The notes under the pieces: generated by a model
Seen by the model: only the letters and a program-made list of their open reading frames with translations
The model's database searches: none
Told to the model about the DNA's origin: nothing
From: Enterovirga sp. CN4-39
GTDB lineage: Bacteria; Pseudomonadota; Alphaproteobacteria; Rhizobiales; Beijerinckiaceae
Length of the DNA stretch: 32,000 bases
Assembly (NCBI RefSeq): GCF_049446235.1
Contig: NZ_JBMSEF010000001.1
Location: 252,855-284,854, forward strand
Reading direction: 5' to 3'
Position numbers and translations under genes: made by a program
Shown: positions 18,336 through 24,805 of the stretch, in pieces
How positions within the stretch are numbered: position 1 is the first letter of the stretch
Layout: the number at the start of each line of letters is the position of its first letter

Positions 18336-19336
18336 CCCCTCCCGCGCGGCCGCTGGTCAGCCGCCCCGGCACCTTCCCGGCTTTCATCGCTCTGGCGGTC
18401 GGTCTGGGATTTGCGGCCGAAGCCGCCGCCTTCACGATCTATGTGAGCAACGAGAAGGACAACACGGTCACGGTGCTCGATTCCGGGACGCTGGAGATGA
18501 AGGCGACCTGGAAGGTTGGCCGCCGGCCACGCGGCGTCACGCTGAGCAACGACGGCTCCCTGCTCTTCGTCTGCGCGAGCGACGACAACCGCGTCGACGT
18601 CGTCGACACCGCGACCGGCAAGGTCCTGCGCAGCCTACGGTCAGGGCCGGATCCGGAGCAGTTCATCCTGCATCCGTCCGGCAACCCGCTCTACATCGCC
18701 AACGAGGACGACAGCCAGGTCACGGTGCTCGACGTCGAGAAGAACCGCGTCATCGCCGAGGTGCCCGTCGGGGTGGAGCCGGAGGGGATGGGGATCAGCC
18801 CGGACGGCAAGATCCTGGTGAACACCTCCGAAACCACCAACATGGCGCATTTCATCGACACCGACAGCCTCAAGGTGGTCGAAAACGTCTTGGTCGACGC
18901 CCGGCCGCGCGTCGCCGAGTTCACGGCCGACGGAAAGAAGCTCTGGGTCTCGGCCGAGATCGGCGGCACGGTTGCGATCATCGACGTCGCGACCCGGCAG
19001 GTCGAGAAGAAGGTCGGCTTCAAGATCCCTGGCATCCCGGACGATGCCATCCAGCCGGTCGGCATCCGTATCACGCGGGACGGCTCACGGGCCTTTGTGG
19101 CGCTCGGGCCCGCCAACCGCGTCGCCGTACTGGATGGGAAGACGCACGAGGTCCTGAGCTACCTCCCTGTCGGCCAGCGCGTCTGGCAGCTCGCCTTCTC
19201 GCCGGACGAGAAGCTCCTGTTCACTACCAACGGCACCTCGAACGACATCTCCGTAATCGATGTCCCGAGCGCCAAGGTCGTCAGGAGCGTCAAAGTCGGG
19301 CGGCTGCCATGGGGCGTCGTCGTGTCACCGAAATGA
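18320..19336 (+). CDS. lutB: secreted YVTN-repeat beta-propeller protein
   Basis: Last 338 codons of ORF 17573..19336; the ATG at 18320 overlaps the lutA end by 16 nt. N-terminal hydrophobic signal. Repeated motifs: YVSNEKDNTVTVLD, LFVCASDDNRVDVVD, LYIANEDDSQVTVLD, LFTTNGTSNDISVID. Confidence 0.75.
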   Translation: MQTRLTPPARPLVSRPGTFPAFIALAVGLGFAAEAAAFTIYVSNEKDNTVTVLDSGTLEMKATWKVGRRPRGVTLSNDGSLLFVCASDDNRVDVVDTATGKVLRSLRSGPDPEQFILHPSGNPLYIANEDDSQVTVLDVEKNRVIAEVPVGVEPEGMGISPDGKILVNTSETTNMAHFIDTDSLKVVENVLVDARPRVAEFTADGKKLWVSAEIGGTVAIIDVATRQVEKKVGFKIPGIPDDAIQPVGIRITRDGSRAFVALGPANRVAVLDGKTHEVLSYLPVGQRVWQLAFSPDEKLLFTTNGTSNDISVIDVPSAKVVRSVKVGRLPWGVVVSPK

Positions 19337-19346
19337 GGAGGGGGCG

Positions 19347-19775
19347 ATGAAGAGGCTTCTGCCGGGGATGCTGGTCGGGGCGGTCATGGCGGCGATGCCC
19401 GTTCAGGCGCTCGACCTCATGAAGGGCCGGACAGATCTTCCGGAACTGGCCCTGGGCGACGAGGACGGGAACGATTTTGCGCTTCCCGTGCGCGACATCG
19501 AGATGGAGGGCGGGAAATCCTACCGCCTGAAGATCACTGCCAAGGGCCAGAAGGAATACAAGTTCCTCGCGCCCGACTTCCTCCGGAACATCTGGATCAA
19601 TCAGGTCGTCATCAACCGCCTGGAGGTGCACATGGCCGGCGCCCCCTACGCCTTCGAGTTCGACGACCAGGGAACCATTGCCGTGGACTTCGTCGCGGTC
19701 CGGCCGGGCGAGTACCGCTGGTGGATCCAGGGCCTGGAAGGCCGCGGCATGACCGGCAAGCTGGTTATCAAGTAG
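19347..19775 (+). CDS. lutC: small secreted protein, possibly a cupredoxin-like fold without copper ligands
   Basis: ATG at 19347 preceded by GAGGAGGGGG. Signal peptide MKRLLPGMLVGAVMAAMPVQA. 142 aa. The symbol is purely positional. Confidence 0.55.
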   Translation: MKRLLPGMLVGAVMAAMPVQALDLMKGRTDLPELALGDEDGNDFALPVRDIEMEGGKSYRLKITAKGQKEYKFLAPDFLRNIWINQVVINRLEVHMAGAPYAFEFDDQGTIAVDFVAVRPGEYRWWIQGLEGRGMTGKLVIK

Positions 19776-19785
19776 GACTGCGGCG

Positions 19786-20025
19786 ATGAGGCGTCTTCTT
19801 GTGCCCCTTGCGATGATGCTGGGATCCGGCCTCGCGCAGGCCGATGACCAGAGCGAGTGCGTCGCGGGCATCGCGATGCTTCAGGCCGAGGTGCCTAAGG
19901 CAACGGGCGCGGTCCGGACCAAGGTCGAGCGCGAATTGCGGGTCGCCCAGCGCGAGCAGGGCGAGGGCGAGTTCGACGAATGCATGGACGCGATCCGGGC
20001 TGCGCGCGCGGCACTCGGGAAGTGA
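19786..20025 (+). CDS. lutD: small secreted two-cysteine helical protein
   Basis: 79-aa ORF. Signal peptide MRRLLVPLAMMLGSGLAQA. The stop overlaps the ATPase GTG start (GTGA). The symbol is purely positional. Confidence 0.5.
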   Translation: MRRLLVPLAMMLGSGLAQADDQSECVAGIAMLQAEVPKATGAVRTKVERELRVAQREQGEGEFDECMDAIRAARAALGK

Positions 20026-20762
20026 CCGGGGTTCCGGCTCTTCTCGTCCGTAACCTCGGTCATCGCTTCGGGAGCCGGGCCGCCCTCTCGGAAGTGTCGC
20101 TCACGGTGCCGGAGGGGGGCTTCGTCGCACTGCTGGGCCCGAACGGGGCGGGGAAGACGACGCTCTTTTCCGTCGCGACTGGCCTCTACGCAAATCAGAG
20201 CGGCGCCGTGTCCGTCTTCGGTCACGACATCCGGACCTCGCCCGCGGGGGCGCTCGCGCTCACGGGCGTCGTCTTCCAGGCCCGCACGCTCGACGGCGAC
20301 CTGACCATTCGCCAGAACCTCGTCTACCACGCGGCCCTGCACGGGATCCGCGGCCGGGCCGCGATGCCGCGCATCATCGAACTCCTCGGCCGCGTGGGCA
20401 TGCGCGAGCGCCTGGACGAGAGGGTCAGAACGCTGTCGGGCGGGCAGGCCCGCCGGGTCGAGATCGCCCGCGCCCTCGTGCACGCCCCGCGGCTGCTCCT
20501 CCTGGACGAGCCGACGGTCGGGCTCGACCTCGCCTCCCGCTCCGACGTCGTGCACATCGTCCGCGACCTCGTCGTGGACGAGAGGCTCTCGGTTCTGTGG
20601 GCGACGCATATCTTCGACGAGGTCCATCCCGGCGACGAGGTCGTCGTCCTCCATGCCGGGAGGGTGATCGCGACCGGGCTAGCGGCCGACCTCGCGCGGC
20701 CTGGTGGCTCCCTTGAAGCCTCGTTCCGGCAGATGACTGCCGTTCCACTGAGGGCGGCATGA
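20022..20762 (+). CDS. lutE: ABC transporter ATP-binding protein
   Basis: ORF 19980..20762 trimmed to the GTG at 20022. Walker A GPNGAGKTT, signature LSGGQ, Walker B LLLLDEP, H-loop WATHIFDE. Confidence 0.85.
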   Translation: MTGVPALLVRNLGHRFGSRAALSEVSLTVPEGGFVALLGPNGAGKTTLFSVATGLYANQSGAVSVFGHDIRTSPAGALALTGVVFQARTLDGDLTIRQNLVYHAALHGIRGRAAMPRIIELLGRVGMRERLDERVRTLSGGQARRVEIARALVHAPRLLLLDEPTVGLDLASRSDVVHIVRDLVVDERLSVLWATHIFDEVHPGDEVVVLHAGRVIATGLAADLARPGGSLEASFRQMTAVPLRAA

Positions 20763-21607
20763 GCGCCGTCGCGCTGCGGAGCCGGGTGGACGGTGCGGGC
20801 TATCTCGTCTGCTTCGTTGGGATCGTGCGTCGGGAGCTCCTGCGGTTCCTCAACCAGACGGGACGCTTCTTCTCTGCACTCGTGCGGCCGCTGGTGTGGC
20901 TGTTCATCTTCGCCGCCGGATTCCGGAGCGTGCTCGGCCTCTCCATCACGCCGCCCTACGAGACCTACGTGCTCTACGAGGTCTATGTCGTGCCCGGGCT
21001 CGCGGCCATGATCCAGCTCTTCGCCGGCATGCAATCCTCCCTGTCCATGGTCTATGACCGTGAGGTCGGGTCGATGCGGCTGCTTCTGACGAGCCCCTTC
21101 CCACGCTGGTCGCTTCTGCTGGCGAAGCTCGCGGCCGGCGTCGTCGTCTCGCTCGTCCAGGTCTACGTGTTCATCGCGATCGCGCAGCTCTGGGGCACGG
21201 ACCTGCCGCCCCTGGGCCTTCTTACGGCCCTGCCGGCCTTCATCCTGGTCGGGCTGATGCTCGGCGCTATGGGGCTCTTCCTCTCCTCGCTCGTGCGGCA
21301 GCTCGAGAACTTCGCCAGCGTGATGAACTTCGTCATCTTCCCGCTGTTCTTCGCGTCCTCCGCGCTCTACCCCCTGTGGCGGATCCGGGAAGCGAGCGAG
21401 ATCCTCTACCGCATCTGCCTCGCCAATCCCTTCAACCATGCGGTCGAACTGATCCGCTTCGCACTCTACATGCGGCTCGAGCCGGTGGCGCTCGCCGTCG
21501 TAGCCGGAACGACCGCGCTCTTCTTTCTGCTCGCGGTCGCGGCTTACGATCCCGGTCGCGGCGTGATGGGTCGGCGCGGCGGCGGCCCGCAGGAGGCGCC
21601 GACATGA
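20759..21607 (+). CDS. lutF: ABC-2-type transporter permease
   Basis: 282-aa ORF with an ATGA overlap with the ATPase gene. About six hydrophobic segments. Typical ABC-2 features (…MVYDREVGSMRLLLTSP…). Confidence 0.8.
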   Translation: MSAVALRSRVDGAGYLVCFVGIVRRELLRFLNQTGRFFSALVRPLVWLFIFAAGFRSVLGLSITPPYETYVLYEVYVVPGLAAMIQLFAGMQSSLSMVYDREVGSMRLLLTSPFPRWSLLLAKLAAGVVVSLVQVYVFIAIAQLWGTDLPPLGLLTALPAFILVGLMLGAMGLFLSSLVRQLENFASVMNFVIFPLFFASSALYPLWRIREASEILYRICLANPFNHAVELIRFALYMRLEPVALAVVAGTTALFFLLAVAAYDPGRGVMGRRGGGPQEAPT

Positions 21608-22209
21608 GGCCCTACATCCTCGCGGTTTGCTCCATCCTGGTCGCGCCGGCGGCCGCATGGGCGCAGCCGAAGCCGGATCCCGACTGGCCCTGCGTGCAGC
21701 GCCGCGTGGCGACGATCGCGCCGGCCGCAATCTGGTCGGGACCCGACCTGGAGAAGGCAGGCGCATGGGGAAGTGACCCTCCCGTTGCAGCGCTCGCCCA
21801 ACGGCTGGCGTCGCGGCGCACGACGCTGGAGGAGGCGGACACGTTGCTGGAAGGCTTCGCGAGGGAAGCGGGCCCTGACCGGAAGGAAAAACTGACCCGG
21901 CTCTTCTCCGGGATCCTCGCGCTCACCAACGCGGAGAGGAGCCGGGTGCTCGAGGGGATCACCCGCTATGCGCGTGGCCAGGAGCGCTTGGCAGAACGGA
22001 TCCGGGATGAGGCTGACCGGATCAGCGCAGCGAAGGATTCGCCACAGGCGGAGGCGCCCAAGGACATTGCCGCACTCGAGACGAGCTTCGCCTGGGACAA
22101 GCGCATCTTCGAGGAGCGCAGCCAGGCCCTCAACTATGTCTGTGAAGTTCCGACGCTCATCGAGGAGCGACTGGGTGAGATCGCGCGGCGGATAGAGGCG
22201 CGATTGTGA
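21604..22209 (+). CDS. lutG: secreted helical protein of unknown function
   Basis: Last 201 codons of ORF 21376..22209; ATGA overlap with the permease stop. Signal peptide MRPYILAVCSILVAPAAAWA. Two Cys residues (DWPCVQ, NYVCEVP). The symbol is purely positional. Confidence 0.5.
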   Translation: MRPYILAVCSILVAPAAAWAQPKPDPDWPCVQRRVATIAPAAIWSGPDLEKAGAWGSDPPVAALAQRLASRRTTLEEADTLLEGFAREAGPDRKEKLTRLFSGILALTNAERSRVLEGITRYARGQERLAERIRDEADRISAAKDSPQAEAPKDIAALETSFAWDKRIFEERSQALNYVCEVPTLIEERLGEIARRIEARL

Positions 22210-22300
22210 AGCTTAATGGCAGACTATTCTAAGCTAATCATAATGTCATAATCGGTTTCTTCGGTATATATCTGTTGTATGTAGCTCAATCGGCGGCATC
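22210..22300 (+). promoter_or_regulatory. AT-rich control region upstream of the TonB-dependent receptor
   Basis: The most AT-rich stretch in the window. Tandem TCATAATG/TCATAATC (22238-22253). AAGCT(T)AAT direct repeat (22209-22217, 22231-22238). TATATA (22265-22270) is -10-like, with ATGTCA 16 nt upstream. Confidence 0.5.
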
Positions 22301-24745
22301 ATGCGTCTGGCGAGGGCGAAACGCCCTCGTGGCGGGGCGGGCACGATGCGGGGCATGTGGTTTGCGCTGTCGGCGGGTGTCGCCAGCCTCTCGGCCGCGG
22401 AGGCCATAGCTCAGAGCGCGACAGCGCTTCCGGAGATCGAGGTAATCGCGACGACGCCCGTCGCGAGTTCGGGTTCGACGCGCGGCATCGCGCGCGACAT
22501 GATTCCGGGCACCGTCGAAACCGTCACGGCCCGTGAGTTCGAGCGGCAGCGTTCATTCAACCTCCTGAATACGCTGCAGGCCCGCACGCCGGGGGTGAGC
22601 CTCAACGACGTCCAGGGCAGCGAGCAGTTCCAGGACCTGCGCTATCGCGGCTTCGCAGCCTCGCCGCTGCCCGGCACGCCCCAGGGGATTGCCGTCTACC
22701 AGAACGGCGTGCGCATCAACGAGGCGTTCGGCGACAGCGTGAACTGGGACTTCATCCCGCCTGTCGCGATCAACCGCCTCGACCTCTTCAGCAGCAACCC
22801 CATCTTCGGTCTCAACGCTCTCGGCGGCGCCGTGAACATCGAGATGAAGAACGGCTTCACCTGGCAGGGCTTCGAGACACAGATCCAGGGGGGCTCCTTC
22901 GGCCGGTTCGGCGGCTCGATGCAATACGGGGCGGCCATCGGCGATTGGGGCCTCTACATCGCGGGTGACGGAATGCGCAACGACGGGTGGCGCTTCCAAT
23001 CGCCATCCGAGATCAAGCGCTTCTACGGCGATCTCGGCTATCGGGCGGAGTCCTCCGAGTTCCACCTGATCGGCGCTGGCGCCTGGAACTCGTTCGGCGT
23101 GATCGGGCCGACACCCGTCGATCTTCTGCGCCTCAACGAGCGCTCGATCTACACGTGGCCGCAAACGACGCGGCACGAGATGAGTCTCGTCGCCCTCAAC
23201 GGCCGCGTGGATGTAAGCCCCACCTGGACGATCCAGGGCACGGCCTATGTCCGGACATTCGACCAGCGGCACGTCGACGGAAACGACGCCGAGTTCGAAC
23301 GGTGCAGCAACCAGTCCTCGTTCGGCGGCCGCCTTTGCCTGGAGGACGACGGCTTCGGCGTCCCGCCAGGCGGAAGGACGCGCGCCTTTCGAGACCAGTT
23401 CGCAGTGGTGGGCCCGAACGGTGCAAGCCTTCCCTTCACGCCCGGCGCCACCTACGGCACCGTCGATCGGACACGAACCTCGGCGACCAGCTATGGCGGC
23501 TCGCTCCAGGCGACAAGCACGGAGACGCTGCTCGGCCACAAGAACACCTTCATCCTTGGCGGGAGCATCGACGGCGCGGATTACAGCTTCCGCTCCGGAA
23601 GCGAACTGGGCGTCATCTATCCAAACCTGTTCGTCGGCCCCAGCGCTGCCGTTCCGGGCACCGGGACCGGCCCGATCCGGTCCTTCGGTAACATCGGCTA
23701 TGCGCCGGTCGACCTCCGCGGCACCAACACCTATTTCGGCCTTTTCGCGACCGACACGTTCGAGGTGACGGATCGGCTTGCCGCGACCTTCGCCGTCCGG
23801 CTGAACTCGATCCAGATCGATACGCGCGACGCGAGCGGCGTCGCGCCGGAATTGAACGCGAAGAACAGCTTCACGCGTGCCAATCCGGCCTTCGGGCTGA
23901 CCTACAAGCTCACGCCGGAGGTCTCCGTCTATGGTGGGTATGCGGAAGCGAACCGCGCTCCGACCCCGCTCGAGCTGAATTGCGCCGACCGCAATCGGCC
24001 CTGTCTCCTGGAGAACGCGCTCGTCGCCGACCCACCCCTCCAGCAGGTGGTGTCGCGCACCTTCGAGGCAGGCCTGCGCTCGACGGTGACGGACTTCCAT
24101 GGCGGAACGCTCCGCTTCAAGGCTGGAGCATTCCGCACCGCCGTCGAGGACGACATCATCGCACTCGCGAGCGTCATCCAGGGGCGCGGCTTCTATGCAA
24201 ATGTCCCGTCGACCCTCCGGCAGGGAGCAGAGCTGTCGGCGGAATATGCCGGCGAGCAATGGCAGCTCTACGCCAATTACAGCTTCATCGACGCGACCTT
24301 CCGGTTCACCGGCGCGATTGCCTCTCCGAACAACCCGGCCGCCGACGATGACGGCAATATCCTCGTGCGGCCCGGCCACCACATTCCGCTGATCCCACGC
24401 CACCAGGTCAAGGCCGGGTTGGAATACGCGTTCACGCCAGCGTGGCGGTTCGGGATCGAACTCGCCGCCTTCTCGAGCCAGCGCTTCGCGGGGGATGAGG
24501 CGAACCTCGCCCGCGTTCTCCCGGCCTATTGGTTCGCGAACCTCCGCACCACCTATCAGGTCACGCCGAACATCCAGGTCTTCGGCGTGGTGAACAACCT
24601 GTTCGACCGCCGCTACGCGAGCTACGGCACCTTCTTCGAGAGAAGCGCGATCCCGAACGCGGCCGGTGTTGTCTTCAACGACCCGCGGACCATCACGCTC
24701 GCCCAGCCTCTCTCAGTGTATGGGGGCGTGAAGATCACCTGGTGA
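22301..24745 (+). CDS. lutH: TonB-dependent outer-membrane receptor
   Basis: 814-aa ORF. The likely signal peptide MRGMWFALSAGVASLSAAEAIA-Q suggests the ATG at 22346 as an alternative start. Plug region (EIEVIATTP…GVSLNDVQG…RGF) and a C-terminal beta-barrel ending in W (YGGVKITW). The symbol is positional. Confidence 0.85.
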   Translation: MRLARAKRPRGGAGTMRGMWFALSAGVASLSAAEAIAQSATALPEIEVIATTPVASSGSTRGIARDMIPGTVETVTAREFERQRSFNLLNTLQARTPGVSLNDVQGSEQFQDLRYRGFAASPLPGTPQGIAVYQNGVRINEAFGDSVNWDFIPPVAINRLDLFSSNPIFGLNALGGAVNIEMKNGFTWQGFETQIQGGSFGRFGGSMQYGAAIGDWGLYIAGDGMRNDGWRFQSPSEIKRFYGDLGYRAESSEFHLIGAGAWNSFGVIGPTPVDLLRLNERSIYTWPQTTRHEMSLVALNGRVDVSPTWTIQGTAYVRTFDQRHVDGNDAEFERCSNQSSFGGRLCLEDDGFGVPPGGRTRAFRDQFAVVGPNGASLPFTPGATYGTVDRTRTSATSYGGSLQATSTETLLGHKNTFILGGSIDGADYSFRSGSELGVIYPNLFVGPSAAVPGTGTGPIRSFGNIGYAPVDLRGTNTYFGLFATDTFEVTDRLAATFAVRLNSIQIDTRDASGVAPELNAKNSFTRANPAFGLTYKLTPEVSVYGGYAEANRAPTPLELNCADRNRPCLLENALVADPPLQQVVSRTFEAGLRSTVTDFHGGTLRFKAGAFRTAVEDDIIALASVIQGRGFYANVPSTLRQGAELSAEYAGEQWQLYANYSFIDATFRFTGAIASPNNPAADDDGNILVRPGHHIPLIPRHQVKAGLEYAFTPAWRFGIELAAFSSQRFAGDEANLARVLPAYWFANLRTTYQVTPNIQVFGVVNNLFDRRYASYGTFFERSAIPNAAGVVFNDPRTITLAQPLSVYGGVKITW

Positions 24746-24750
24746 GCGGC

Positions 24751-24780
24751 GGGGAGGCCCGGCGGGGCAGGGCGCTCCCC
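24751..24780. terminator. GC-rich hairpin between the convergent receptor and GMC oxidoreductase genes
   Basis: GGGGAGGCCC (24751-24760) pairs with GGGCGCTCCCC (24770-24780): 10 bp, one bulge, 9-nt loop. No U-tract. Confidence 0.3.
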
Positions 24781-24805
24781 ATGTCGGTGCGCCGGAGTCC
24801 TTCCT

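Noticed and set aside
8913-19336. Over-long ORF calls (8913..10037, 9170..10705, 15755..16984, 17573..19336; likewise 434..1501, 1330..3096, 12571..13236, 15151..15894, 21376..22209)
   Set aside because: The 5' portions run through the upstream gene in another frame. Internal starts that give conserved N-termini, RBSs or start/stop coupling (ATGA/GTGA) were used instead.
11520-21766. Other long antisense or alternate-frame ORFs (11520..12722, 12842..14590, 17142..18308, 20324..21766, 18295..19350 and many 60-250 aa ORFs)
   Set aside because: Each overlaps a gene that has recognisable motifs in another frame or on the other strand. Their composition is Arg/Pro/Gly/Ala-rich and none shows domain features.
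22236-22254. Fur box or Irr ICE box upstream of the receptor
   Set aside because: By hand alignment, only about 9-10 of 19 positions match the classical Fur consensus in either orientation. The TTCTAAG at about 22226-22232 lacks the TTTAGAA partner half-site of an ICE motif. Kept only as generic AT-rich repeats.
22553-24403. 616-aa minus-strand ORF spanning most of the receptor gene
   Set aside because: It lies antisense to a clearly recognisable TonB-dependent receptor. The translation is Arg/Ala/Gly/Pro-rich with no recognisable domains, which is the usual open antisense frame of very GC-rich coding DNA.
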